A stretch of 64,000 nt of DNA, from IMG/VR virus record IMGVR_UViG_3300011561_000001, positions 25,993 to 89,992 of that record; one strand, 5' to 3'. The notes under the pieces were generated by a model. It searched no databases and had not been told where the DNA came from. It was given only the letters and a program-made list of their open reading frames with translations. Of this stretch, positions 1 through 9,525 are shown one piece after another. Numbering within the stretch: position 1 is the first letter of the stretch; each line of letters begins with the position of its first letter. The translations under genes and the position numbers were made by a program. Source of the DNA: a virus (taxonomy: Duplodnaviria; Caudoviricetes).

Positions 1-234
1 AAAGATTTCTCTGAACTTACTACAGATAAGGAGTGCTGGGAAAAGATGGTGAGTCTTTACAAATCATGGTATCCTGAACCAATCACCTATACTGCGTGGA
101 ATGGGGAGGAGGTTGTTGCTTCCTACCTTGACCTAATGCAAACGTATATAGATTGTGCCCACATGCGCCGATTCGTAGGCGACCAACTGAGTGTACGAGA
201 TACGCTTAATAATCTAGGAGTGAGTTATGAATAA
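1..234 (+). CDS. 3' end of a gene starting upstream of the window (possibly 5'-3' exonuclease)
   Basis: Frame 1 is open from base 1 (KDFSELTTDKECWEKMVSLY...). Product guessed only from position in this genome architecture. Confidence 0.4.
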   Translation, partial: KDFSELTTDKECWEKMVSLYKSWYPEPITYTAWNGEEVVASYLDLMQTYIDCAHMRRFVGDQLSVRDTLNNLGVSYE

Positions 235-565
235 GATTACTGAAGAAGACCTGCTCGAATATGTTTCAGAAGTAGGGGATTTTCAAAAAGATCACCGTAA
301 GTACGGTAGCTTTTATTGCTCGGCCTCCCACACTATCACCGAAGAAGATGTTAAAGTTCTTGCTGAAGAAGGTGTAGACGCCTCTGATTTCCTGAATGTT
401 TGCGTGTCGCGTAACGGCATGTGGGATGATAGCTATGGTACGGAGTGGGATGATGTAACCTACGAAAAGGTGGAAGAGTATCAAGAGCTTGTTCCTGAAG
501 TTGTTATCCCTGAGCACTATGTCACTAAGACTCGGACACAAGAGTTTAAGCCAACGTGGAACTGA
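227..565 (+). CDS. hypothetical protein (acidic)
   Basis: 112 aa ORF, AGGAG RBS, overlaps upstream stop. Confidence 0.75.
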   Translation: MNKITEEDLLEYVSEVGDFQKDHRKYGSFYCSASHTITEEDVKVLAEEGVDASDFLNVCVSRNGMWDDSYGTEWDDVTYEKVEEYQELVPEVVIPEHYVTKTRTQEFKPTWN

Positions 566-568
566 CAC

Positions 569-1147
569 ATGACGGTTCCTAGTAAGCTTGATTTAAAGAA
601 GAGAGAGGATAAGTTAAAGTCTTTCTTGAAGAAACTCGGACCCGATGGTAAACCACAAGAGAAGCATGTTGTTAGTGTTGTTCGTTCTGCAATACGTTCT
701 GCTTGGATGAAGTCAGATGTGAAGTTAGCGTACTTGTATATGAATACAATTCCTGATATGGATGACAGTACGAGAACGAAGTGGCTTACTAAGTGTGAGA
801 TTTGTGAAGGGTTGTTCAAGTTGAATGAAGTGCAGATTGATCATAAACTCGGCAACCACAGCTTCACTAAGGTTGAAGACTTTGAGAACTACTTCAATAA
901 CATCCTAATGGTTGGTTTTAGTGACTTACAGATACTGTGTGTGGAGTGCCACGAGTGCAAGACGTTGCAGGAAAAGCAAGGGCTTACTTGGGAAGAAGCT
1001 AAAGCAACTAAAGAAGCTATTAGACTACAGAAAGCTAAGCTTGATACACAATGGCTGAAAGGAAATGGCATAATTCCAGCCAGCAACTCAGCTAAGCGAA
1101 GAGTTCAGATTGTTGAACGATTGATGGAGGAGAAAGAGAATGAGTGA
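569..1147 (+). CDS. HNH-fold (His-Me finger) endonuclease
   Basis: CEIC...QIDH...N...LQILCVECHECKT: zinc-binding CxxC pairs flanking DH. Confidence 0.75.
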   Translation: MTVPSKLDLKKREDKLKSFLKKLGPDGKPQEKHVVSVVRSAIRSAWMKSDVKLAYLYMNTIPDMDDSTRTKWLTKCEICEGLFKLNEVQIDHKLGNHSFTKVEDFENYFNNILMVGFSDLQILCVECHECKTLQEKQGLTWEEAKATKEAIRLQKAKLDTQWLKGNGIIPASNSAKRRVQIVERLMEEKENE

Positions 1148-1517
1148 TGTTAAGGCAAACAAAACTTACATCATTAGGAACAAGGAGACAAAAGAATTGT
1201 TCCGGGCAGCTTCCGGTAAAACTTCTTGGAAGGCTCCGGGTCATGCAAAGAATGCTTTTAATCAGACAGTTGCTTATGGACGATCAGCAGAACAATACGG
1301 CTTGAAAGTGATTGTAGAAGAGAAACGTTGGGGAACAGATGTTCACGGTCCTAAGTTCTCTGAGCAAGATGTCTATGAGGTTGTAGAGCTTAAACCTGAA
1401 TCAGAAGACACTCTTGCTCGCGCTGTTGAGATTTTAAAGCAAGTGATGGGACGTTGTGACGGTGTTGCATTTGATATGATTTATGATTTTCTAGAGGAGA
1501 TTGGAGAGAATGAATAA
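1140..1517 (+). CDS. hypothetical protein
   Basis: 125 aa ORF, GGAG RBS, coupled to neighbours. Confidence 0.75.
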   Translation: MSDVKANKTYIIRNKETKELFRAASGKTSWKAPGHAKNAFNQTVAYGRSAEQYGLKVIVEEKRWGTDVHGPKFSEQDVYEVVELKPESEDTLARAVEILKQVMGRCDGVAFDMIYDFLEEIGENE

Positions 1518-1635
1518 ATATGAAGAGATGCTTGAGCTAGACAAAGAGAATTTCTTTGCTTGTTGGTTCTTCGCGGAAATTGTTCAGTTTGGTGTGTTTG
1601 CAAATATCTTTATGAGTCAGATTGGCGTTGTGTGA
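1510..1635 (+). CDS. small hypothetical protein (41 aa, hydrophobic C-half; not in ORF track)
   Basis: ATG at 1510 after GGAG; MNKYEEMLELDKENFFACWFFAEIVQFGVFANIFMSQIGVV; TGA overlaps next ATG. Confidence 0.6.
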   Translation: MNKYEEMLELDKENFFACWFFAEIVQFGVFANIFMSQIGVV

Positions 1636-1790
1636 TGGAATGCCAATATAAGCTTGGGTATGAAGATGCTCTTATCCAGTGCCTTGTGAACACAAAAGAA
1701 CTAATCAATGAGCTTGGAGAAGAACAAGGGTTAAAAGCTCTTCTAGATTGGATTAAACATGAGCTTAAGAGTATGGGAGATGAAGAATGA
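1635..1790 (+). CDS. small hypothetical protein
   Basis: ATG at 1635 coupled to upstream TGA (track ORF 1560-1790 is over-extended). Confidence 0.6.
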   Translation: MECQYKLGYEDALIQCLVNTKELINELGEEQGLKALLDWIKHELKSMGDEE

Positions 1791-1969
1791 ACACTTTAGT
1801 TTTACATAGACCAGAAGCAGGAGATTGGACTGTAGCCTATCTGAATGAAAAACTCATTTATGAAGGCCATAGTGGCCTGAATGATCTTTCTTGGGAAGTA
1901 TTGTGTTCACTTGGTGTGGAAGTTAAGACAGTAGAATATTCTGATGAAGAGTTTCAGGAGAAGTTCTAA
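1787..1969 (+). CDS. hypothetical protein
   Basis: 60 aa, ATGA overlap. Confidence 0.65.
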   Translation: MNTLVLHRPEAGDWTVAYLNEKLIYEGHSGLNDLSWEVLCSLGVEVKTVEYSDEEFQEKF

Positions 1970-2152
1970 ATGAAAGAAGATATTCATTATACAAATCTAA
2001 TGCTTGAGCTTGAGAAGCTTAGTGATCGTTTGAATCGTGTGGAATGTAAGTTTGACGCTTTGAAGGATGAGCTGTCACAAGATGTTCCGAAAGTAAAACC
2101 AGAAGATTTTAGTCGGTTTTTGGATTTTGATAAACTGAAAGAGGGGGTGTAG
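1970..2152 (+). CDS. hypothetical protein (coiled coil)
   Basis: 60 aa, abuts upstream stop. Confidence 0.65.
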   Translation: MKEDIHYTNLMLELEKLSDRLNRVECKFDALKDELSQDVPKVKPEDFSRFLDFDKLKEGV

Positions 2153-2153
2153 T

Positions 2154-3053
2154 TTGAAGAAGAAGATTGAGAGTAGTTGGCAGGAACAGGCAGAGACTCT
2201 TGCACGGGAAGGTATCTCATGGAGGCAGATCGCGCGTCATTTAGGTAAGCCCCGTAGTACAGTAAGTGATTATCTGCGAAAGATTTTCTCTCAGGGTTTG
2301 GTAGATAATAAGAAGTCTTCTGAGACCTTCTCTGTCCGCAAGGAGGATGCGGGCGAGGACAACAGTCGTGTGCTGTTTATTAGTGATATGCACATTCCTT
2401 ACCACCACCCAGATTTGATTGCTTTCCTTAAACATCTGAAAGCTAAGTACAACCCTACACGAATAATCTGTTTGGGGGACGAACTAGATAAACATGCCCT
2501 GAGCTATCACGACAGTGACCCTGACTTGCCGAGTGCTGGGGATGAATTGCGGAAAAGCCTGCCTGTTATTGCAGAACTGTTTAAAATGTTTCCGACGATG
2601 GACATTATTGAATCCAACCACGGCAGCTTGGTGTGGCGTAAGGCAAAGACTTTTGGAATCCCGAAACACTATATTAAAAGTTACAATGATGTGCTTGGTG
2701 TTGATGGTGGTTGGAAGTGGTCTTTTGATCTGACTATTACACTACCGAATGGCCAAAAGTGTTACATCCACCACGGTAAGTCAAGTGATGTGATTAAACT
2801 CAGTCAGCAGATGGGGATGTGTGCGATCCAAGGCCACTATCATGAGTCATTTAAGGTTGACTATTGGGGAAATCCTAACGGCTTGTTCTGGGCTATGCAG
2901 TGTGGTTGTCTGATTGACGATGACGCCTTGGCTTTTAGTTACAACAACGTTAATATTAAGCGGCCTGTAATTGGGACCGGGTTGATTATTGACAGTCAGC
3001 CAGTTCTCGAACCAATGCTACTCGACTCAAACGGGCGATGGATCGAACGTTAA
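2154..3053 (+). CDS. calcineurin-like metallophosphoesterase with N-terminal HTH
   Basis: Motifs SDMHIPY, GDELD, SNHG, HHG, GHYH. N-terminus GISWRQIARHLGKPRSTVSDYLR is HTH-like. Confidence 0.85.
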   Translation: MKKKIESSWQEQAETLAREGISWRQIARHLGKPRSTVSDYLRKIFSQGLVDNKKSSETFSVRKEDAGEDNSRVLFISDMHIPYHHPDLIAFLKHLKAKYNPTRIICLGDELDKHALSYHDSDPDLPSAGDELRKSLPVIAELFKMFPTMDIIESNHGSLVWRKAKTFGIPKHYIKSYNDVLGVDGGWKWSFDLTITLPNGQKCYIHHGKSSDVIKLSQQMGMCAIQGHYHESFKVDYWGNPNGLFWAMQCGCLIDDDALAFSYNNVNIKRPVIGTGLIIDSQPVLEPMLLDSNGRWIER

Positions 3054-3076
3054 CTGCTTGACAGAGAAAAGAAAAG

Positions 3077-3580
3077 ATGAAACAATATGCAACATGGACG
3101 ACAAGGAAGGGAAAGGATTCCCAAAGAGAAATTAGAGAGGAGAAAGAATTGAAACTGAAGGTAAAACGTTTGTATCCAGAAGCTAAGCTTCCAACTTATG
3201 CAACAGAAGGGGCTGCTTGCTTTGATATCTCTACATATCTTAACGGGGATGTAGATCATGGCGAAGCACATGTATTTTCTACAGGTCTTGCATTTGAAAT
3301 TCCAGAAGGTCATGTTATGCTTGTGTTTAGCCGAAGTGGTCACGGGTTTAAGAATGATGTACGTCTTTCCAACTGTGTCGGGGTGATAGATTCTGACTAC
3401 GTTGGCGAGCTTAAGGTGAAGATGGCTTGTGATAAGCCGGGTTGGGGTCTTGAGATTAACGCCGGGGAGCGTATTGCTCAGGCTATGGTTATCCCTGTCA
3501 AGCAAGTGCAGTTTGAAGAAGTAGATGAGCTTAAGTCTACGAAACGTGGAGACAAAGGCTTTGGATCGACGGGACGTTAA
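3077..3580 (+). CDS. dut: dUTPase (trimeric)
   Basis: All five motifs: GAACFDI, SRSG, GVIDSDY, GERIAQ, RGDKGFGSTG. Confidence 0.95.
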   Translation: MKQYATWTTRKGKDSQREIREEKELKLKVKRLYPEAKLPTYATEGAACFDISTYLNGDVDHGEAHVFSTGLAFEIPEGHVMLVFSRSGHGFKNDVRLSNCVGVIDSDYVGELKVKMACDKPGWGLEINAGERIAQAMVIPVKQVQFEEVDELKSTKRGDKGFGSTGR

Positions 3581-3643
3581 ATGTCTAACATTCGTTACAT
3601 CTAAGCAAGATTGTTATGCAGACGTAACAAAGGAGGAATGGAG

Positions 3644-4114
3644 ATGAAGATTCGTGTATTGGTGGATGATTATGAGTATCAAGGGTTGAAAGAAGGTTCT
3701 GTTTACGAAAACGTCCGTCTAGTTAATAATGGTCAGAACAGTGGTGTCACTTTCTTAGCAAACGGAAAGGTGTGGTATTTGATCCCACCAATGTATGAGA
3801 TTGTGAAGGAGGATAGTGAGAGTACAGGTCCAATCAAATCTGATGGTGGCAGTAGTTCATACTATGATTTGTTTTTGCCAGAGTGGCTCTTGTACACTCT
3901 CAACGAGCGTCAGAAAGAGGGGAAGTGCTACATTAAGACAGAAGAGATGATTAGTGCTTTCTTCGGTAATGATTTTGACAGAGGGAACATCATCAAGTCC
4001 CTTGTGCGTTGTCAAGGATTGCAAGATGGTACTGGTGGAAAGGCTGGAAACTCTGTAGAATACGAATGCAACAAGATGATTTACAGTGTTAACAAGATTA
4101 AGGAGAAGAAGTAA
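3644..4114 (+). CDS. hypothetical protein with DUF3310-like C-terminal domain
   Basis: AGGAGG RBS before ATG 3644. DGGSSSYYDL...F..GNIIK..R...GK pattern resembles DUF3310. Confidence 0.5.
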   Translation: MKIRVLVDDYEYQGLKEGSVYENVRLVNNGQNSGVTFLANGKVWYLIPPMYEIVKEDSESTGPIKSDGGSSSYYDLFLPEWLLYTLNERQKEGKCYIKTEEMISAFFGNDFDRGNIIKSLVRCQGLQDGTGGKAGNSVEYECNKMIYSVNKIKEKK

Positions 4115-4771
4115 TTGGCTAAGTTTGTTGAAATGCAAGTACAATACGTAGATCATATGGGATCAGATATTAATGTGGTGAATGCTGCACGGGTTTCTTT
4201 CGCCAAAGAGGTGCAAGAGTTTGATCTCGAAAAAGATACAAAACTGATTAACTACCTTGCAAAGCATAATCATTGGAGTCCACTAGCTCACACATCGGTA
4301 CAGATTCGTGTCAAGGCTCCGATCTTTATGGCCCGTCAGTTTGTTAAGCACCAGATTGGTCTTGTCTGGAATGAAGAAAGTCGTCGTTACATTGACGACA
4401 CGCCAGAGTTCTATAAACCCTCAGTGTGGCGTAGTCGTCCAACTAATATGAAGCAGGGTAGTGGTGAGGGTGTTGTAGAAGAAGAGGCTTACGAGTGGTT
4501 TGAGATGCCTGTAGAAACTGCGCTAGAAGGGTACAATATGATGCTACAATCTGGAATCGCGCCAGAACAGGCGCGGATGGTCTTGCCCCAGAACACTATG
4601 ACAAATTGGATGTGGACTGGTTCTCTCGTTGCCTTTGCTCGTGTGTGTAAGCTACGACTAGACAGCCATGCACAGAAAGAAGCACAAGAACTTGCTCAAA
4701 AGATTCACGATGTTGTAGCTCCGCTGTACCCTGTATCGTGGGCTGCTCTGATGAAGCATATGAAAGTTTGA
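4115..4771 (+). CDS. thyX: flavin-dependent thymidylate synthase
   Basis: HWSPLAH, ARQFVKHQ...WNEESRRY, GIAPEQARMVLP, R...HAQKE. TTG start. Confidence 0.95.
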   Translation: MAKFVEMQVQYVDHMGSDINVVNAARVSFAKEVQEFDLEKDTKLINYLAKHNHWSPLAHTSVQIRVKAPIFMARQFVKHQIGLVWNEESRRYIDDTPEFYKPSVWRSRPTNMKQGSGEGVVEEEAYEWFEMPVETALEGYNMMLQSGIAPEQARMVLPQNTMTNWMWTGSLVAFARVCKLRLDSHAQKEAQELAQKIHDVVAPLYPVSWAALMKHMKV

Positions 4772-4787
4772 TTTAGGAGTAAATAAA

Positions 4788-4985
4788 ATGATAGGCTTTC
4801 GAGAAGAGTTTCCTCTGGAAGATTGGATTGAGGAACTTGCTGTTCTAATGAAGCACGTTGAAGGTATTAAAAAGAATGAGGCGTATCGTCGATTCATTGA
4901 CAACGCCACGGAGTTCGTAGGCTACTATCAGATTGGTATGAGTCCTCGCGCTGCATTGGATAAGTTGTGGGGAGGTAGTAAATGA
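4788..4985 (+). CDS. hypothetical protein
   Basis: 65 aa, AGGAG RBS. Confidence 0.65.
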   Translation: MIGFREEFPLEDWIEELAVLMKHVEGIKKNEAYRRFIDNATEFVGYYQIGMSPRAALDKLWGGSK

Positions 4986-5329
4986 GTGGTGTTCCTTATA
5001 GTTTGAGTGTTAGTGATTTGCTTCTTGTAGAGGGTTTTCAGGAAGCTTATGGGAGTGGCGATAAAGAAAAGATTGGAGAGATTCTTCAAGCTAATGGGAT
5101 GGACACAACACAAGGTGTAGATGAAGTGTTCTGTGCCCATCGTAATCTCCGAGGAGAAGTGGTAACATGTGTTCGTTACGAGGGTTTTGAATTGACTACA
5201 CCGGAGTGGTTAGCATCGGGCGCTGCCTCACTAGACGCACACATTGGAGCTTGTAAAGACGTTTCCAAACGTGTAGCATTGCAGATGCTCAACCCCCGTG
5301 GAGCGATTAGCTCTTGGGAAGATGACTAA
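4982..5329 (+). CDS. hypothetical protein
   Basis: 115 aa, GGAGG RBS, ATGA overlap. Confidence 0.7.
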   Translation: MSGVPYSLSVSDLLLVEGFQEAYGSGDKEKIGEILQANGMDTTQGVDEVFCAHRNLRGEVVTCVRYEGFELTTPEWLASGAASLDAHIGACKDVSKRVALQMLNPRGAISSWEDD

Positions 5330-5355
5330 TAGAAAAGAATTTTGAGGAGAGGAAA

Positions 5356-6351
5356 TTGACAGATGTAAGGATTCGCACACAAAAGTCTACTTTCACTGTA
5401 GACTACCCAGAAGCTGTAGATTTTATGAACAAACAGCAGTCTGTTTTCTGGCCCCATTTTGAGGTGAAAGTTGCTAAAGACAAACAAGACATTCTTGTAA
5501 ACATGTCGGAAGCAGAGCGTCACGGAACAATCATGGTGCTTAAGCTTTTCAGTAAGTATGAACAGATTATTGGTGATGAGTTTTGGCTTAACTTCGTGAT
5601 GAAGAAGTTCCCACGACCTGCTGATATTCAACCAATGGCCGCTACGTTTGGCGGTGTTGAACTTGGTGTTCACTTGTTCTTCTACAAGACCTTGAACGAA
5701 GAGCTTGGAATTGCAACAGATGAGTTTTATGATTCGTATATTGAAGACGCAGAACTGAAGCAACGGATTGATTACTTGGAGGACACACTTTCTGATGCTG
5801 ATGATCTTCGTGCTCTTGGCTGTTTTACATTTGGTGAAGGTGCTGTTCTTTATTCGAGCTTTGCTTTCCTGAAGCACTTCCAGAGCCAAGGAAAGAATAA
5901 GCTACTGAATGTTGTTAGCGGGATTAACTTCAGTGCTCGTGATGAAAATCTCCACGCAGAAGCAGCAGCTTGGTTGTTCCGTACACTGAAAAAGGAGTTG
6001 GTTGAGGCCGGTAAGATTGATGATGAATATCTTGTTACTTTGGAAAAGGATGTGTATGATGCAGCCAACACCGTATACGAGCATGAGAAACTGATTATTG
6101 CTAAGATTTTTGAGAAGGGCAAGATTGAGGGAATCACAGATACTCAGCTTCAGCATTTTGCTCAGAGCCGTGTAAATCTGTGTCTCCGTAACCTTGGTTA
6201 CAAGAATCTTTTTAAAGTAGAGTATAATCCTGTGGGTGACTGGTTCTATCGGGGTATTAATGGTTATCAGGCACAAGATTTCTTCTCCTCGCAGGGAAAT
6301 CAATATGTCCGAGACTGGGATATTAACGGCTTTAGTTGGGAGGTAAAATAA
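5356..6351 (+). CDS. nrdB: class Ia ribonucleotide reductase, beta subunit
   Basis: Di-iron ligands E..H (ELGVH, with radical Tyr in HLFFY), EG..LYSSF, RDENLH; C-terminal DFF. Confidence 0.92.
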   Translation: MTDVRIRTQKSTFTVDYPEAVDFMNKQQSVFWPHFEVKVAKDKQDILVNMSEAERHGTIMVLKLFSKYEQIIGDEFWLNFVMKKFPRPADIQPMAATFGGVELGVHLFFYKTLNEELGIATDEFYDSYIEDAELKQRIDYLEDTLSDADDLRALGCFTFGEGAVLYSSFAFLKHFQSQGKNKLLNVVSGINFSARDENLHAEAAAWLFRTLKKELVEAGKIDDEYLVTLEKDVYDAANTVYEHEKLIIAKIFEKGKIEGITDTQLQHFAQSRVNLCLRNLGYKNLFKVEYNPVGDWFYRGINGYQAQDFFSSQGNQYVRDWDINGFSWEVK

Positions 6352-8049
6352 TTGTCTAGTGGTATTTACGATAAGCTAAGCGAAGAGCGTAAGAAACTAC
6401 AAGCGGAGGGGCTTATGCCTCTCCATTGGAGCACAGGAAGTTGGCAGCTTTTTAAAGAGAAATATCTATATCAGGCTGCTAACCCTAAAGAGCAATATCA
6501 ACGTATTGCTAACACTCTGGCAGCTCATACACCCGACCCTGCTGTGTGGAAGGATAAGTTTTTTGACATTATGTGGAAGGGTTGGCTAAGTCCTAGCACG
6601 CCAATTGTGGCCAATTGTGGGACCACTCGCGGCTTGCCTGTTTCATGCGCTGGTAGTTACTTTCCCGATAGTATTGATGGTATTTATCGTGCTAAACATG
6701 AAACTGCAATCCTAACAAAGTATGGTTTTGGTACAGCAGGTTATCTCGGGGATATTCGTCCACGTGGTAGTCAAATCAGTGCAGGTGGGAAGTCTGTTGG
6801 TGTGATGCCTGTTATCATGGGTATGCAAGCAGACATGGAATATGTGGCACAAGGAACTGCTCGTAGAGGTTCTTGGGCGGGCTATCTGCCGATCAGCCAT
6901 GGAGATTTCCACGAAGTATGTGCGTATCTGGAACAACACCCTGACGGTAATAATATCGGGTGGAATTGGCATGATAGTGACACAGAGAAAATGCGAGACG
7001 GGGATGAAGAAGCTCATTACCGATTCAAGAAAGGTTTTAAGACTAAGATGGTGACTGGTAAAGGATATCTATTCTTCCCAGACAAGGCTAATCGCAAGCG
7101 TCCTCAATGGTATAAGGACCACAATCTCGATGTAAAGGCAGCCCAGCTCTGTAATGAAATTACGCTGCATAGCGGACCAGACTACACCTACACTTGTGTT
7201 CTGGCTTCTATGAATGCAGACCTTTATGATGAGTGGAAGGGAACGGACGCCGTGTTTGTAGCTACAGTGTATTTGGATTGTGTGGCCCAAGAGTTTATTG
7301 AGCGGGCCAAGAATATTCATGGTTTGGAGAAGGCTGTAGAGTTTACCCGTAAATCTCGTGCTTTGGGTCTTGGGGTTTGTGGACTCACTTCGCTTTACCA
7401 GCGAAAGATGATTGCTTTTGAAAGTGTCGAAGCTTACTTGCTAAACATCGAGCTGTTTAGGTACATTCGGGCAGAAGCAGAGAAAGCAACAGCTTGGAGT
7501 GCTGAGCAGTGGGGTGAACCAGAGTGGTGTAAAGGCTATGGACGGGCCAATAGTCACCTTCTCGCTGTAGCACCAACTAAGAGCACGGCTTTGATTATGG
7601 GTGGTGTGAGTGAAGGCATCAACCCAGATACAGCGATGGTGTACACACAGCGAAGTGCTGGTGGCGAGGTGGATCGTGTAAACCCACACCTACTCCGTCT
7701 TATGAAGGAAAAGGGTGTGTATAGCAAAGCTAATATTGCTGAAGTTCGTGAGGCAATGGGTAGTGTGCAGGGTGTGTCGTGGTTGACACAAGAAGAGAAA
7801 GATGTGTTTAAGACTGCTTTTGAAATTAATCAGATGGCTATCTTGCAACAAGCAGAAGCTCGTGGTAAATTTCTAGATCAGTGGCAATCACTAAACTTGT
7901 TCTTTGCTGCCGGGGAAGATGAAGGTGTTATTGCCCGTGTGCATCAGTATGCTATTGAAAGTGAAGACATTCTTGGTCTATATTACATCTACAGCAAAGC
8001 TGGTGTTCAAGCGTCTAACGACAAAGCAGAGTGCGAGAGTTGTCAATGA
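6352..8049 (+). CDS. nrdA: class Ia ribonucleotide reductase, alpha subunit (compact, no ATP cone)
   Basis: SPSTP, LPVSC, QLCNEI, CVLAS, LGLGV, LAVAPT.S, DQ.QSLNL, LYY; C-terminal CESCQ. Confidence 0.93.
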   Translation: MSSGIYDKLSEERKKLQAEGLMPLHWSTGSWQLFKEKYLYQAANPKEQYQRIANTLAAHTPDPAVWKDKFFDIMWKGWLSPSTPIVANCGTTRGLPVSCAGSYFPDSIDGIYRAKHETAILTKYGFGTAGYLGDIRPRGSQISAGGKSVGVMPVIMGMQADMEYVAQGTARRGSWAGYLPISHGDFHEVCAYLEQHPDGNNIGWNWHDSDTEKMRDGDEEAHYRFKKGFKTKMVTGKGYLFFPDKANRKRPQWYKDHNLDVKAAQLCNEITLHSGPDYTYTCVLASMNADLYDEWKGTDAVFVATVYLDCVAQEFIERAKNIHGLEKAVEFTRKSRALGLGVCGLTSLYQRKMIAFESVEAYLLNIELFRYIRAEAEKATAWSAEQWGEPEWCKGYGRANSHLLAVAPTKSTALIMGGVSEGINPDTAMVYTQRSAGGEVDRVNPHLLRLMKEKGVYSKANIAEVREAMGSVQGVSWLTQEEKDVFKTAFEINQMAILQQAEARGKFLDQWQSLNLFFAAGEDEGVIARVHQYAIESEDILGLYYIYSKAGVQASNDKAECESCQ

Positions 8050-8070
8050 GGGGCGAAAGCCCCTCCTTTT
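8048..8070 (+). terminator. intrinsic terminator after nrdA
   Basis: GAGGGGC-GAAA-GCCCCTC followed by CTTTT. Confidence 0.8.
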
Positions 8071-8084
8071 AAAGAGGAGAAAGT

Positions 8085-8333
8085 ATGTACCTTGTCTATG
8101 GTAAAGATGGTTGTAGTGCTTGCCTTCAAGCTTGCCATGTGCTTGCAATGAAAGGTTTTGATCTGAAATATAAAAAGCTCGGTAAAGATTACGAGGTAGA
8201 TGAACTGTTTGCAGTAACGGATGGTATGGGCCTACCACGACCACGTACATTTCCTCAATGCTTTGTTGTGAATGGATGTGAGATGGAGTATATTGGTGGC
8301 TTTGACAATCTGAAGGAGTATTTGGGAGAGTAG
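8085..8333 (+). CDS. glutaredoxin / NrdH-like redoxin
   Basis: YGKDGCSAC, TFPQCF, YIGGFD; follows nrdA. Confidence 0.88.
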   Translation: MYLVYGKDGCSACLQACHVLAMKGFDLKYKKLGKDYEVDELFAVTDGMGLPRPRTFPQCFVVNGCEMEYIGGFDNLKEYLGE

Positions 8334-8345
8334 TTTAAATTTCAT

Positions 8346-8380
8346 AGCCTACGGGACTTAACGGTCTTGTGGGCTTTTCT
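8346..8380 (+). terminator. probable intrinsic terminator
   Basis: AGCCTAC-GGGAC...GTCTT-GTGGGCT followed by TTTCTT. Confidence 0.6.
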
Positions 8381-8395
8381 TATTTGGAGATTTTA

Positions 8396-9019
8396 ATGGT
8401 GAAGAAAAAGCTAGTACACGGGAGAGGGTTGAACGATGCTGACTATGTTACGCAGAAATTCCTAACCACATACGAAGACGGCAAAAAGAAAAATAAGCTT
8501 ATATGGGCTTGCCCCTTCTACAAGAGATGGGGGAGTATGTTAATGCGGTGCTATTCTGTTAAACACCAAGAAAAATTTCCTACCTATAAAGGGTGTTTCG
8601 TTTGTGAAGAGTGGCTTACGTTTTCCAACTTTAAAGCTTGGATGGAAAAGCAAGATTGGGAGGGTAGGCAGCTAGATAAGGATGTCTTAGAGGTAGGTAA
8701 CAAAGTATATAGTCCCGAAACTTGCCTGTTCGTTGACCGTAAAGTTAACCTGTTTCTAGTTGATTCCAAGAAAACTAGGGGTTGCTTCATGATTGGTGTC
8801 TGTCTAGAGAAGGTGTCTAATAAATTTATGGCTACGTGCAATGACGGTTCGGGCAAAAAGAAGTACCTCGGTCTATTTGACACAGAACTTGAAGCCCACC
8901 TTGCGTGGCTCAAATGCAAACAAGAAATTGCTCGTCAGTTAGCAGCAGAGCAAACTGATCCTCGTGTTGCTAAAGCCCTGATTGAACGCTATGAAAACTA
9001 CATCACCGAAGATCGGTAA
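8396..9019 (+). CDS. free-standing HNH-like (homing) endonuclease with C-terminal AP2-like domain
   Basis: CPFYKRW.SM..RC, EWLTFSNFKAW, LDKD...YSPETCLFV...VN; tail YLGLFDTELEAH. Confidence 0.75.
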   Translation: MVKKKLVHGRGLNDADYVTQKFLTTYEDGKKKNKLIWACPFYKRWGSMLMRCYSVKHQEKFPTYKGCFVCEEWLTFSNFKAWMEKQDWEGRQLDKDVLEVGNKVYSPETCLFVDRKVNLFLVDSKKTRGCFMIGVCLEKVSNKFMATCNDGSGKKKYLGLFDTELEAHLAWLKCKQEIARQLAAEQTDPRVAKALIERYENYITEDR

Positions 9020-9031
9020 ATCGTAGACAAC

Positions 9032-9070
9032 AAAAAGCCCAGAGGACCGAAAGGCTCTCTGGGCACATTT
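9032..9070. terminator. bidirectional terminator at the convergence of the two gene blocks
   Basis: AAAAA-GCCCAGAG...GAAA...CTCTGGGC-ACATTT between convergent genes. Confidence 0.8.
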
Positions 9071-9113
9071 ATTCTTGTTCTATTTTAATAGTCGTTTCTA
9101 AAAGATGTGATAG

Positions 9114-9515
9114 CTATGGCACATCTCTCTTTGTTTCACTTGTTGCCTCAGATTTCTTAACTACCACATCCGTTCCATTGATTGTCAATGAGTTGTGCAG
9201 ATTGTTGTTGTTAATCAATCTCTGCTTAGGCTCCCCTTTTGCAATCTGGTCCACCCTCTTTTCTAAGAGTTCAATCTTCCTTGATGTTGAGAATTGGTAA
9301 TCATTCTGTATCTTAGCTTGGGTATTGATTTTATTCTCAAGAAAGATAGTGTTGTTCCCGATCACTTTTCTATTCTCATCCCGCACCATCTCAATCTGTT
9401 CTAATAGATTGTTGGCTGCTACATTATCTCGTGTATTACCCCAAAGGATAATCAGTAAGGTGACAGCTAAGAGCAGAAAAACAAAGTTTACAACATTCTG
9501 TAATAGCGTCCCCAC
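9114..9515 (-). CDS. hypothetical single-pass membrane protein (lysis region)
   Basis: N-terminal TMD VVNFVFLLLAVTLLIILW, then coiled coil. Confidence 0.7.
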   Translation of the reverse strand: MGTLLQNVVNFVFLLLAVTLLIILWGNTRDNVAANNLLEQIEMVRDENRKVIGNNTIFLENKINTQAKIQNDYQFSTSRKIELLEKRVDQIAKGEPKQRLINNNNLHNSLTINGTDVVVKKSEATSETKRDVP

Positions 9516-9525
9516 AACAGTCCCC

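Noticed and set aside
5356-8049. Intron or intein in nrdA/nrdB
   Set aside because: Both ORFs are continuous and compact, with no intein C/S...HN motifs or group I core sequences.
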